Shown here: positions 39,601 to 49,971 of the stretch, one piece after another
Position numbering within the stretch: position 1 is the stretch's first letter
Layout: each line of letters begins with the position of its first letter
Source of the DNA: a virus
DNA length: 64,000 bases
Direction: 5' to 3' (one strand)
IMG/VR virus record: IMGVR_UViG_3300017754_002544
Span: 1 to 64,000 of that record
Notes under the pieces: generated by a model
Database searches by the model: none
What the model was told of the DNA's origin: nothing
The model's input: only the letters and a program-made list of their open reading frames with translations
Program-made: the position numbers and the translations under genes

Positions 39601-42600
39601 ATCCATCTGAATATGATTGGTTAGAATGGGATAAACCTACTATGCGATATAAAATAATAGCAGCATTAGATGTCATAAAGAAAAAAGCAAAATCAGATGA
39701 GTCTATAAAACAAATAGAGCAAAAAATAAGTGAAGTAGAATCTGGAGCTTTTGATAGTGTAACTGGTGAAAATTTATATAAAGGATTATTTAAATCTACA
39801 TTACAAATTATTGGATTAAAAACAGATAAAGACATATCTTTAGCACTATTAGAATCTGGTTTTGATGGTATTAAATATCCTGCTGAAAGTATAGCAAGAG
39901 GCGCAACAAGTGATACAGCAAGAGGATTCAACTATGTTGTATTCGATGAAGATGCTATAACAATAGACGAACAAATAAGATTTAGTCAACAGCTTAATCC
40001 AATTCAAGAATTAGCTATTGTTCCAAGAGAAGCTTTTGGTGCTATAGTAGATAGATTAAAACAAAATGGACTTGCAAAAGATGTCATAGTAGATTCAAGT
40101 GAGTTTACTAAAGAAATAAGAAGGATAAACATTGAGGAAAGAGTAAATGCAGTAGCTTCAAATATTTCAGGATTCGTTAGAAACGATAAGGTTTACATCA
40201 ATCCAAAATTTTTAAATTTCAATACTCCAATACATGAGTATGGACATTTATGGGTAAGCTGGGCCAAGACATCAAGAAAAGATTTGTACGATAGAGGAGT
40301 TGCACTAATAAGAGATACAGAATACTTCAATGACATCGTAGAAAAATCAAAAGATAAGAATAGTGTCTACTTTGGATATACCGAAGAAAAAATAATTGAA
40401 GAAGCCTTAGCTACAGCAATTGGAAATCAAGGAGAGTCTATAGTTCAAAAGAAATATAATACTTTTCAAAATTGGCTATCTGAATTATGGGAATCTATAA
40501 AGAATGCTTTAGGAATAACTCAGTTGTCACCAAATCAGGTTTCTAATTTAACATTAGAAGAGTTCACAAATGCAGTAGCTATTGATTTGTTACGTGGAGA
40601 GAAGTTTGATACAACTACTTATACGATAACTGCATTATTAGATCCGATGCTTGTTGGTAGAGAAGGTAAACTTGTTAGCGTTCAAAGTATAGAACAAGTG
40701 CTAAAACAACCAGCAACTAAGCAAATAGAAAAAGATATTATTAAAGAAGTTTTAGATTTAGAAGGATTTAAAGGCAAAGCTAAAATACCATTTGATGATT
40801 TTTCTACAGAATTAAAAGCTAGGATAATGCCTTTAAAAGTAATTGAATCTAGAACTTATTCTGATTATGGTATAGGTAATACAGGAGTTAGTGCTGATAG
40901 AACAGTTACAAAAATATATAATACTGATTTAGACCATCAAGTAAAAGGCCATTTCTCAGGAGATTTTTCTAGTGGAGGTACAATTGATTTTGAGATAAGA
41001 GAACTTAATGGCCAGTTTGCTGTTGTAAGGGATGGTGTAGTACTAACACAAGATAACGTAACTGACAATGTATTTACAGTTGCACCTACTAGAGAAAAAG
41101 CAGAAGAGTGGATAAGATATTATCAAAAAGCGAATAGAGTAAACACTGGATTATTTGGTCATACTAGAGTTTGGTATAGTGGTGAGGACGCATTTGTAGC
41201 AGAGATACAATCTGATTCATATCAAAAGTCTAAAGCTAAGGATATGCTTCTTACAAGTTATAAGGCTAATCCAGAAACTTTAACTGAAGCACAGAAGCCT
41301 GTATATAATGAACTATTAAGAAATGATGAAATAATTCAGAAAGCAAGAAGAGGAGAGGGTGATTTTAAAGGAGTAAAAGATTTATCCGAAAATATTGTTG
41401 ATACTATAAAATATATTGGGAAATTAAAAGAAGAACTAAAAGATAAAGAAGAGGCCCTCTCTAGAAATCCAGATAACGAATATTATGTTAAAGCTGTAAG
41501 AGTATTTACTAATAGACTTAAATTATCTCAACAAAAATTAGATGGACTTGTTAAATTAGCTAAAGGAGAAGAGGTAACTTTACCTGAAGAAGTGGAGTGG
41601 AATAAAAAAGATTATCCTGGAGCTTCTATTGACCAAGTATCTGTAATAGAACTTCCTTACGATAGTATAAGTAAATTTCAAAAAAATGCTAGAAGCTATA
41701 AAATTAAAAATGGTAAACAAGAGTATACTTTATATCATGATAAGAAAAATGATTTCTTTTTTGAAAAAGATAAGTACGCATTCGATGAAAAATCAAGAGA
41801 TGAGACTTTACAATTATTTATTGAACTAGTAGATAAGACAAGTAGAGATGTAGTTATAGGAAGGGTAAATTTATCAGATGAGCCTTTGCTAGAAAAGTTA
41901 GTAAATAATATTAGTAGAAGTGGTAATAGTTTAAAAATATCTGAAGTACTTGATACGTTGGAACAAATAGTTCCAAACATAAGTAAATTAGGTATAGATA
42001 AGGCATTTAAAAGAAGAACTGAATTAAGTGTTCAAAAAGTACTTTTAGCAGATAAAGGAAAAACTAAGGAAAATCTAGCAGAAATAGATAGACAAATCAG
42101 AAGGCTTTATGAAGTTCAAATTAATGTTAGAAACAATAGAGATTACGATGCTTTGGAAGATCAAATACAAGATTTAAAGGATAAAGCAAAGGGTCCAGGA
42201 CTTTTAAGTGACGAGGATCTAGCAGAATATAATAGAATTGAAAGTGAACTTACTATACTAGAAAGGGAGCGTAAGCTCTTCATTACTAATGGCATAATTG
42301 AAGTTTTTGGTATAGATGATAACATAATTAAAAATGGAATATCAGAATTAAGGAATAATCTACCATTAGATGCTACAATAACTTTTGATGTTGAAGCAAT
42401 TGAATCATATAAATTAGAAACAGCAATTGAAGAGGAATTCTTCTCAGTAGAAGAAGCGTTTGATATTTATAAATTGACAACATTTGAGAACAATAAAGTT
42501 AATCCTGAAGCATATCTTCAATACTTTAACGCTACAAAAGACTTATCAAAAATAGAAGATAAGCTAATTGATAACGCATCTGCAAAAGATAAACAGTTCA

Positions 42601-43733
42601 TAGCTCATAGAAAAAATTATACTACAAGATTATTTAGAGAAGAGATAAGAAGAAATGCCGAGCAAGGATTTAAAAACTTACTTATACCAACTCCAAGAAC
42701 TTTAGCTTTAATTGAAGGTTATATAGATCCAGAAGCAAATGCTCCATATGATATAGTATATCAAAGAGATTATCTAAGACTTACTGAAGGAGATGCAATT
42801 AAATATGCAGATACAGAGTACGTTGTAGTTAAATCTGATGAAACATCTATAGATGTAGTTAAATCTGAAGATGTAAGTTGGGTGGATATAGATGATTATA
42901 GGTACGAAGATATTAGAAATAGAGTATCTGACGATATATATGAAATAAAAAAGAAGTTAGATTTAAATACCATTTATACAAAAGAAGAGTATAAAGCTAT
43001 AGACTTTAGGTATCCTGCGTTAGATGTATTATCTAAATTTGATGCTTCAGAAATATCAGATAGATATGATGTTGATACTTATGATGGAGGCGAAACTTGG
43101 GAAGTTAGAGATACTGAATTAATGGGTCAAGAAGGAGAAGTAGTTCAATCATTTGCAACAGAAGAGGAAGCAAGTAGATATGCATCTGATTTAAATCAAG
43201 TGTATAATTTTGATGAAGATGCAGTAGAGGATTTTTTAATGGACTACTATGAAGAGACAACTTCAAATGGAGCTGAGTTTATGGAAGACTTTGGATATAC
43301 AGTATGGTATGAAAGTGGTTCACAAGCTCTAGTTTCTTTTGATTGGGGAATTCAATCTGAGAGCTTTAATCAACCTGATGGATATCAAGGATCAGCAGAT
43401 ATTGACTCATTTAATCCAGAAGATTTATCTGATGAACAACAAACTATTATAAGAAAGTACGATGAGCTTGTAGACATGTTCAAAAAAGAAAGACCTGACT
43501 ACGAGATTAGAACAGACAATGATGGAAATGAATGGTACCAGACAAAACTTACAGAAGAAGATGGTAAAAAACCTGTTGTAGTATTCCAAGAAGCTGTGAC
43601 AAAAAAACAATCTCCTATGAAAAGTATAGAAAATGTATCATCTATTTTTGATTCTCAATTAGAATTATTAGATTTGTACTCTTCCAATGAAGAATCTGAA
43701 ATTCTTAAAGAAATAGATAGCTGTGGAATATAA
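36660..43733 (+). CDS. Large polyvalent protein: GNAT-like, ADP-ribosyltransferase-like and zincin metallopeptidase domains
   Basis: 2357 aa; VSEIHRGKGIGTEL; WHGS...GWGLYFT...GFDGIKY...NYVVFD; TPIHEYGHLW...EEALA; GHTR...VAEIQSD. Confidence 0.72.
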   Translation: MGLKCRISYLDGKAIVVDARGNRSKLYNDLLAYTNNQSDALDMWVTAYSREYGERGENTTVLDLVKFFDSLVASNQELTPSEKFQVQDFMRRNNIVYLSDLNKIMTTVFKSEGIFKVNPEAAISSNLFSQEEIRDLNVEDMKKLLLKVEGHLAKENFSVEPEGTEYVFKDSAKKSIFGTYYNVSQTEIDQDILKAIDNFTDVESFYNGIKTLPYEDFVNRFLEDDAFANDVMNRFSGLKKIPKLSFVDGKLSSENNKLYTTINNTIISSIDTKSLEVDMEYLDSIPDAIWSDNFELVSNVLKEVEGTFAKANIDIVGISEHADKRAQVMGLISAGIEMANNTNKSTIKNFVEIHKNLIPSEDTTIVENLPEQYIGYNIVSLYTNKSEAELFSNHGLIKVGENLYHKVSQDADINDLREYLFDEIKNKRFSLPENFRLEKDLNNKPNVLEDISRYLLSREVPSGIVNRELYSGYQVAFNHLPIESREQDLKLLSSIRTDATYLKTRFVADFYNYILTEKAKNSEVYNSVLSKFEITDKDIVMVSPVKSIDGIEYSKELKDYIKLHKDSNMKYLVESEDTIVSEDLMMINYPKSKSEFEGDFILDGKYVVTNSTSDNFIKLNNIIYRKGLERDNAALFVQVTPKTDSTYYSTDMYFNFDRLEATAVLDAYGMLSPNSVDYARFNNVIAKSRLNDEMSVQLKDKSTLKDKSYTFFTVNDAIVAYKDGVRVGALRYTRVQDGYADPQITVSEIHRGKGIGTELFLKMFDKIGKEGKKLYIPDIRTQQADNVISRLSDLVVREEDGGYRLKDGEKIQPSTTNFQVVGWHGSPYSFDRFTTEKMGTGEGNQTFGWGLYFTDLKSIAEEYATHLTKSKSSSPSIYINGVFNDKLFTNIDTALGQDYLTDGEYNVDKIISDLNSVIKETEDSLKKTKDEDIVKQTNLYINDWKSAVDTLSNLRQDTFNVKNREVLNKNLYKVTLQKGKNPSEYDWLEWDKPTMRYKIIAALDVIKKKAKSDESIKQIEQKISEVESGAFDSVTGENLYKGLFKSTLQIIGLKTDKDISLALLESGFDGIKYPAESIARGATSDTARGFNYVVFDEDAITIDEQIRFSQQLNPIQELAIVPREAFGAIVDRLKQNGLAKDVIVDSSEFTKEIRRINIEERVNAVASNISGFVRNDKVYINPKFLNFNTPIHEYGHLWVSWAKTSRKDLYDRGVALIRDTEYFNDIVEKSKDKNSVYFGYTEEKIIEEALATAIGNQGESIVQKKYNTFQNWLSELWESIKNALGITQLSPNQVSNLTLEEFTNAVAIDLLRGEKFDTTTYTITALLDPMLVGREGKLVSVQSIEQVLKQPATKQIEKDIIKEVLDLEGFKGKAKIPFDDFSTELKARIMPLKVIESRTYSDYGIGNTGVSADRTVTKIYNTDLDHQVKGHFSGDFSSGGTIDFEIRELNGQFAVVRDGVVLTQDNVTDNVFTVAPTREKAEEWIRYYQKANRVNTGLFGHTRVWYSGEDAFVAEIQSDSYQKSKAKDMLLTSYKANPETLTEAQKPVYNELLRNDEIIQKARRGEGDFKGVKDLSENIVDTIKYIGKLKEELKDKEEALSRNPDNEYYVKAVRVFTNRLKLSQQKLDGLVKLAKGEEVTLPEEVEWNKKDYPGASIDQVSVIELPYDSISKFQKNARSYKIKNGKQEYTLYHDKKNDFFFEKDKYAFDEKSRDETLQLFIELVDKTSRDVVIGRVNLSDEPLLEKLVNNISRSGNSLKISEVLDTLEQIVPNISKLGIDKAFKRRTELSVQKVLLADKGKTKENLAEIDRQIRRLYEVQINVRNNRDYDALEDQIQDLKDKAKGPGLLSDEDLAEYNRIESELTILERERKLFITNGIIEVFGIDDNIIKNGISELRNNLPLDATITFDVEAIESYKLETAIEEEFFSVEEAFDIYKLTTFENNKVNPEAYLQYFNATKDLSKIEDKLIDNASAKDKQFIAHRKNYTTRLFREEIRRNAEQGFKNLLIPTPRTLALIEGYIDPEANAPYDIVYQRDYLRLTEGDAIKYADTEYVVVKSDETSIDVVKSEDVSWVDIDDYRYEDIRNRVSDDIYEIKKKLDLNTIYTKEEYKAIDFRYPALDVLSKFDASEISDRYDVDTYDGGETWEVRDTELMGQEGEVVQSFATEEEASRYASDLNQVYNFDEDAVEDFLMDYYEETTSNGAEFMEDFGYTVWYESGSQALVSFDWGIQSESFNQPDGYQGSADIDSFNPEDLSDEQQTIIRKYDELVDMFKKERPDYEIRTDNDGNEWYQTKLTEEDGKKPVVVFQEAVTKKQSPMKSIENVSSIFDSQLELLDLYSSNEESEILKEIDSCGI

Positions 43734-44175
43734 CGAAGATAAAGATAAAATCATACTAAAGAGATCGACATTACCCGGTGTGGACATGTCGATTTCTGAT
43801 TTTACAATGGCCCATACTGTAAGAGTTGTTGTAACTAAGGTTACTGATACAATGTATAAAAAAGGGTCAAGAACTTTTATTGGAACTAAAGACCAATTGA
43901 CAGATGGAGAAGTTATCCAAGTTGGCAATTTAGGACTTAAGTATAGAGTTATTAAAAGAGAACAATCTTTTACCGCATATGCATTTCTATATCAAATAGA
44001 GAGATTAGATTGTAACTCAACTACAGCTACAGATATTGAAGCAGTGGCTGTTGGTCAAAAGATAAAGTTATTGAGTAGGCTATCTTTTAAACAAATGTTA
44101 AACTACACCTGTGATTTAAGAAATCATCCAAACCATAGTTGTGGGTGTAAGAATAATTGTAATTGTAAAAAATAA
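43723..44175 (+). CDS. Hypothetical protein with Cys/His-rich C-terminus (GTG start, uncertain)
   Basis: 150 aa, fills the gap between two giant ORFs; ends HSCGCKNNCNCKK. Confidence 0.55.
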   Translation: MEYNEDKDKIILKRSTLPGVDMSISDFTMAHTVRVVVTKVTDTMYKKGSRTFIGTKDQLTDGEVIQVGNLGLKYRVIKREQSFTAYAFLYQIERLDCNSTTATDIEAVAVGQKIKLLSRLSFKQMLNYTCDLRNHPNHSCGCKNNCNCKK

Positions 44176-44196
44176 AAACCAAGATACGTATAAGAT

Positions 44197-47100
44197 ATGG
44201 CTTGTCAAATAAAAAGAACAAAAGACGGTAAGATAAATAAAGTAATTGCGCCAAATGGAAAAGAGTCAAAATTATTTAACGCTATCCATGGCAATATATT
44301 TTTAGCAGACGCAGATACTTCATTAAAGATTTATACGAATGCTTATACAAATGAGGTAGAAAAAATGTATGAGGGTTCTGATAAGTATAAATATGATAAT
44401 GGAGAACCTCAATTATTTTACAAGGCACAATCTAATAAAGAGTACGACAACTTAGAAGAGTTACTTATAAATGAAGACTTTGGGCCCGTATCTATGGGTT
44501 TTAAAAGTCCAAAGAATGATAAGTTTACACCTATCGCTAAATTTACAACTAAGGGTAGTGAGAAGAATGAGTTCTTAGCATCTAAAGTTAGAGAAGGATT
44601 TTTATCAGCAGATAGAGAGCTTGGAGAAGATGGTGTAACAAGACTTAAAGGTAAGGGTGAATATACAACTTCAAGAGTTGTTAATGCGACTTTTGCTGCT
44701 GACGCATTTATGGCAGAACTTGGAAGTGCTAAAGTTAAAGTGCTTAATGATGGGACTATTGAAATGGAATTCGCTAATGGATATTCATTAGTAGAAAAAG
44801 AAGATGGTCAAACAGAAGTCATAAGAACTGAGTTCATACCTGAGTATTTAAGAGAGAATCCAAATGTTTCAAACAAGGTAGAACTAGTTACGCAATACGT
44901 AATAGAGCATAACAACCCTAGACCATTGGATGTAGCTCCGGTTAAAGCTAATCCTACAAATTCAGATTTAAAATCTTTAGAGACATCTTTATTTGCATTT
45001 ATAAAAAGTTTAGGATTTACTACAACTACTTTAGAAAACTATAAAAAGAATTATAGAACTAAATATGGTAAGGACCCAGATATTCAAGCTTTAATTGACT
45101 TATCAAATAAGGTTGTAGCATTTAAAGAGGGGAATATATCCATAGAGGATTTGACAGAGGAGGTAGCTCACTTAGCTATTGAGGCATTTTCTGATCAGCA
45201 ATCTATCGAAGATGCTATAAAGAATGTACACTTTCATCCTGAATACGCAGAGTTCTATGAATTCTATTTAGGTAAGTATGCTCCATTCTTTAAAGGAGAA
45301 GCATTAGAAAGACAAGTAAGAAAAGAAATACTTGGTAAAATTCTTAAGAGAGAGTTCTTATCTAGATTCGATGGTAAAAATAAAACTGAAGAGCAAAGTA
45401 GAACAACATCTTTCTTGGGAAGAATATGGGAGTGGTTTACTAATTTACTAAATAATAACGTAAAGACATACCATAGAAGAGCTTTAGATGGTCTTAATAA
45501 AAGAATAGCTGATAGCGTACTTAACAACAACACTAAAGACTTCCAAGCTGAGTTCGATGAAAATGTGAACTTCTTCTATAATGCTATGAGTGATAACTCT
45601 AAGACTATTGAGTCGGAGTTTGAAGCTACTAAAAGAATAATTGAAGATTTATTTTCTAGAGGTTTAGAACAACCAACTCCAAATAAAGCGGAATTAGACA
45701 AACTAGTTGCTACTGGAAATTTTGTAGATGTACTAAGTTCAGTTAATACTATTATAGGTATTGCTGAAAATCAGTTAGATATTCTTGAGGCTAACATCAG
45801 GGAGTCCAATAGAAAAAATGAGCTTATTTCTACAAAGGATACACATAGATATGAAGTACTTAAAAATAATATGATTCCAACAATGGAAAATATTATTAAC
45901 CTACTTCCACAAAAGGCAGAGCAGTTAAACATAAGTGATCAAAACCTACTCAATAGGATGAGAACCACAGTATCTGCGTCTGAGCAAATAGCTATAAAGA
46001 TGTCAAGGATTAATCCACTAATGAACAATGATAAGATAAAGTTTGTGGAGAGAACTGTAGAGACAGAGTTAGCTAGAACAGCTTTAAATGATGAAGAAAA
46101 GGCAGAGTTTAAAAGTACTATTGAAGGTGGGTTTAGAGATATTGGATGGCTAGGAAAAATGTTCGGTATTGCTAGTCATAGTAAGAATCCAATCATTCAG
46201 TTACTACATAGATCTATAACAAAACTTATATCAAATACAAATAGAAAATTCAACTCAACGCTTAATAGCACAATGAGTGAAATAGATAAAAAGAATTTGT
46301 ATAGATTTCAAAGAAGTATAATCCATAGAGACGCAAATGGCAACCTCACTAATTACTTCTTATCACCTAAAGATTATCATAGATATGACCAAGAGCTAAG
46401 AGCTAAGGAAGATTCTATAATTGCAAATATAACTGGAAAATCTTTACAAGATGTACAAAGATTAAGAGATAAGTTTAATCCTAGAGAAATAATAAAGGAT
46501 GAAAATTTATTTAGTACATATAAGGAAGAAGTAAAAAAGTGGAGAGATGAAGTTGGCCAGGAGAGAAGATTCACAGATGAATACTATAAGCAAAGAGACG
46601 CTAGATTTGAAAAAGCAAATATATCTGATGAAACTAGAACCTACTTATCTACTAAGAACGTAGGTAGATTTTCTAGAAGAAAGAAGTACATGAATCCTGA
46701 TGGGACTATTGACTTGAATAAACAAACAGAGGCTGAAAAAATCGAAGACTTAAATGACTTCAAACAGCACTTATCTATAAAGAGTGCATACGATACTTCA
46801 GGCAATTTAAAAGCAGGCATTAGAAGAGTTAAGTATAGTGAATTAAGTGCAGAAGAAAGAGCTCAACTTCCATATACTGTAGACCCAACTTACACAGGTG
46901 AACTTACAGTTTTAGAAAGAGGCCAAGATATTGAAGACTTATCAATTGAATCAAGAAGAGCCTTAGATTTATTTAACCTTGATATGTTGTATAGAGAGGA
47001 ATTAAAATCAAAAGCTAGAAACAATAAGCCAATCCAACAATTCCTTGATAACATTTTAGAGATAGAACGTAAGGGAGAGGTAGCTTACGAGTGGGTATTA

Positions 47101-49971
47101 TCCAATTCATCACTAGGTTTGTCTAGTTCTTTTTATGAAAACTTAGGTACTGATCCTACATTTAATTCAGTAGCTCAAGATTTTGTAGATAGCATAGAAG
47201 ATCCAGATGTAAGATTCCGGAAACAAGCTGTCTTAAATAATTTAGTGGAAACTCAGAAAAAGAGAAAAGAGTTATTAAAGCAAAATAGAAGTGCTGATAG
47301 CATCATTGAGACAGATGTTAAACACATGACAACGCACTCTAGAAAATCTTTATTAGAATTAGATTCTGAGATTGCTGAACTAAGAGCAGCATTAGAAATT
47401 CCATACGAAACGCTTGAAGAAAGAGGTGGACTAGAAAATATGGAAGTAGAGCTTAATGAAGACTTTGAAAGACTACTTACTGAAAGTGGATTAGATGCTT
47501 ATAAGTTCTCACTACAACATATGTCAGATAGAAGCAAGTTAAGGACTCAGGAATTTGCTATGCAAATAGACGACTTCATCAGAGGTAAAAGAACTTATAT
47601 CAAAAAACAATATGATGAGTTTGTTACTCAAATGTATGAAAGTGGAAAGTTAGATAATCTAACTGTAGATGAAATATCTAGAACTCTAAAAGAAGAATTT
47701 GCAAAAAGAAACGTAGCAAGTTATTTTAAAAGATTTCAACCAGTAGGGTATACTCAAATGTTAAATGACATGAAGAGTGGAAAGCTTAAGATGAGTGATG
47801 TCTTAAATAACAAAGAAGCTTTTGCAGAACAATATCCGGCTTTGCAATATTTAGAAATAAGCCCTGAGTATTCTTGGAGTGAGGATGTAAATAATGAGGA
47901 ATTTTTAAATCCAAATTTCAAATCTGCTGAGGTAGGTGTTCAACCAAAGTACTTAAATGAAGAGTTCTTTAGTAGATATGGTATTAAAAAAGAAGATTAT
48001 CTAGCTTTAGATAACGAGGACTTATCTAAATTAAAACCTACAAAAAACCAAGATGAGTATGCTTTTCTTGTAATGATGACTGATATTAGACAGCAGTCTA
48101 TTAATAACTATGGAGATACAGGTAAAATCAATAAATACTTAAGGCCTCAAATATCTAAACCTACAATGGAGAAAGTGTTTTCTATTCATAAAGGTGGAGT
48201 TGGGGTAAACATAAAAGACTTCTTCTCAGATTTAGCGCAATCTAAAATAGATGAGAAAGAATATGGTGAAGAAATAGATGACCTTGGTGCAACTATTAAA
48301 CTAATACCAAAGTACTTCCAGACAAAGTTACAATCACCAGATTTAGTTACTGAAAATACTATTGAAGCTATAATGGTAGATTTAAAAGGATCTATTAGAT
48401 ATCAGGAAAGGATAAGTGTTGAAAGAGAAGTTAAGGCTTACGAATATAAGATATCACAACAAAGATTTAAGAATGGAGGAAACAACGCTCTTAATGGAAG
48501 AATACTCAAGAAAGGAGAGGTGTCTAATTACTACGAGAAAGCCCAAGAAATGGCTGACTACTACTTATATGGTATAAAACAAAACAGACAAATTGTAACA
48601 ACCCTATTTGGTAGAGAGGTAGATTTAACTCAGCTATTTAATACGATTACAAATTATATCAGAAACGTAAATTTAGGGTTTAACTTCATAAGTGACTTGA
48701 CATCGTATACTACTGGTTTGTATAATAACTATTTGGATACATTAGTTGGAGACTTCTACCATAAGTCTAGTGCTGCTAAAGCTTCAGCTCAGTTGCCAAA
48801 AATGATTTATGAGTACACTGCTGAAGCTGGTAAAATGAGAAAGACTTCGAAACTAGCACACTTAATGGAGTTCTTTGGTATTAAAAATGCTGAAGATAGA
48901 CTTGGATTATCAGCTTATGCCACACCATTCAGAATGGCTAATAAAAGTATGTTTGCTGCATCTGAATTAGCTAACTTACCGATTACTCCTAGAAACATGC
49001 TGACTATTCTTCATGACTTTAAATTTCATAATGGGTATTTCAAATCCTATAATGACTTTTATAGAGACATGAAAACAGCAAATAAAAATATGACAAAGCC
49101 TGAAATTGATTCTATATGGAAAAGTATGGGAGACACTTTCTATGAAAATATTGTCATAGATCCTGAAAGAGGAGTCTTGATGGGAGACAACTTTAGAGAA
49201 AAGTATGGAGATAAAGCAGAGGAAGAGTTTGAATATATCACTGTAAAAATGACAGATAAGATATCTCAGATAAATCAAAATGTAGATAGTATCTTATCAG
49301 AGTCAGATAAAATAGCTGCACAAAGAGATGCGATAACAAATGCTTTATTGTTACATAGAAGCTGGTTTATTATCAACATGACAAGAAAGTTTAAAGGCAA
49401 GCACTTCAATATTGCAACTGGACAAATCGAATCTGGTCACTATAGTAACATATTAAACTCTACTAAAAAAATGATTACAAGAAGATTTATAAGTAGAGAA
49501 GATTTAGAGGAAACTAATGAAGCATTTGATATGCATGAGAGAGCTAATTTAGTAAGATTTGGATTTGATGCAGCTGGTATAACAATTCTTATATTCCTTG
49601 CTAATGCGTTACTAGCAGGAGATGATGACGATGATTCAGCAGTAGAAAACCTAGCTCAGTACATTACATTAAGAACTACATCTGAAACTCAATCACAAAA
49701 TTTATTAGGAATGTTTGGCTCTGTATCTGAGATATATCAAGACCCAATTCCTCAGTTAAGAACTTTCCAGGATTTGTACAAAGGTATAACCAATATAACA
49801 GATGCTGAAAAGAGGAGATACATGTATAAGCAATTTCTAGCATATAGAAGATACGAGCAATTATCTGATTTACAAACTCAGATTCAGTCGTATATGTTCT
49901 TTAATGGAGAAAAAGGCTACACTTTGATTGGTGTAAATACAGGTAAAAAGGGAGAGGAGAAAGAAAAATAG
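44197..49971 (+). CDS. Large putative ejected protein with degenerate zincin motif and C-terminal hydrophobic helix
   Basis: 1924 aa; LTEEVAHL (HExxH-like, first His lost); AAGITILIFLANALLA followed by DDDDD. Confidence 0.6.
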   Translation: MACQIKRTKDGKINKVIAPNGKESKLFNAIHGNIFLADADTSLKIYTNAYTNEVEKMYEGSDKYKYDNGEPQLFYKAQSNKEYDNLEELLINEDFGPVSMGFKSPKNDKFTPIAKFTTKGSEKNEFLASKVREGFLSADRELGEDGVTRLKGKGEYTTSRVVNATFAADAFMAELGSAKVKVLNDGTIEMEFANGYSLVEKEDGQTEVIRTEFIPEYLRENPNVSNKVELVTQYVIEHNNPRPLDVAPVKANPTNSDLKSLETSLFAFIKSLGFTTTTLENYKKNYRTKYGKDPDIQALIDLSNKVVAFKEGNISIEDLTEEVAHLAIEAFSDQQSIEDAIKNVHFHPEYAEFYEFYLGKYAPFFKGEALERQVRKEILGKILKREFLSRFDGKNKTEEQSRTTSFLGRIWEWFTNLLNNNVKTYHRRALDGLNKRIADSVLNNNTKDFQAEFDENVNFFYNAMSDNSKTIESEFEATKRIIEDLFSRGLEQPTPNKAELDKLVATGNFVDVLSSVNTIIGIAENQLDILEANIRESNRKNELISTKDTHRYEVLKNNMIPTMENIINLLPQKAEQLNISDQNLLNRMRTTVSASEQIAIKMSRINPLMNNDKIKFVERTVETELARTALNDEEKAEFKSTIEGGFRDIGWLGKMFGIASHSKNPIIQLLHRSITKLISNTNRKFNSTLNSTMSEIDKKNLYRFQRSIIHRDANGNLTNYFLSPKDYHRYDQELRAKEDSIIANITGKSLQDVQRLRDKFNPREIIKDENLFSTYKEEVKKWRDEVGQERRFTDEYYKQRDARFEKANISDETRTYLSTKNVGRFSRRKKYMNPDGTIDLNKQTEAEKIEDLNDFKQHLSIKSAYDTSGNLKAGIRRVKYSELSAEERAQLPYTVDPTYTGELTVLERGQDIEDLSIESRRALDLFNLDMLYREELKSKARNNKPIQQFLDNILEIERKGEVAYEWVLSNSSLGLSSSFYENLGTDPTFNSVAQDFVDSIEDPDVRFRKQAVLNNLVETQKKRKELLKQNRSADSIIETDVKHMTTHSRKSLLELDSEIAELRAALEIPYETLEERGGLENMEVELNEDFERLLTESGLDAYKFSLQHMSDRSKLRTQEFAMQIDDFIRGKRTYIKKQYDEFVTQMYESGKLDNLTVDEISRTLKEEFAKRNVASYFKRFQPVGYTQMLNDMKSGKLKMSDVLNNKEAFAEQYPALQYLEISPEYSWSEDVNNEEFLNPNFKSAEVGVQPKYLNEEFFSRYGIKKEDYLALDNEDLSKLKPTKNQDEYAFLVMMTDIRQQSINNYGDTGKINKYLRPQISKPTMEKVFSIHKGGVGVNIKDFFSDLAQSKIDEKEYGEEIDDLGATIKLIPKYFQTKLQSPDLVTENTIEAIMVDLKGSIRYQERISVEREVKAYEYKISQQRFKNGGNNALNGRILKKGEVSNYYEKAQEMADYYLYGIKQNRQIVTTLFGREVDLTQLFNTITNYIRNVNLGFNFISDLTSYTTGLYNNYLDTLVGDFYHKSSAAKASAQLPKMIYEYTAEAGKMRKTSKLAHLMEFFGIKNAEDRLGLSAYATPFRMANKSMFAASELANLPITPRNMLTILHDFKFHNGYFKSYNDFYRDMKTANKNMTKPEIDSIWKSMGDTFYENIVIDPERGVLMGDNFREKYGDKAEEEFEYITVKMTDKISQINQNVDSILSESDKIAAQRDAITNALLLHRSWFIINMTRKFKGKHFNIATGQIESGHYSNILNSTKKMITRRFISREDLEETNEAFDMHERANLVRFGFDAAGITILIFLANALLAGDDDDDSAVENLAQYITLRTTSETQSQNLLGMFGSVSEIYQDPIPQLRTFQDLYKGITNITDAEKRRYMYKQFLAYRRYEQLSDLQTQIQSYMFFNGEKGYTLIGVNTGKKGEEKEK

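Noticed and set aside
49618-49640. GDDDDDS as an RNA polymerase DxDxD motif
   Set aside because: Simple Asp run directly after a hydrophobic helix near the C-terminus, with no RNAP context
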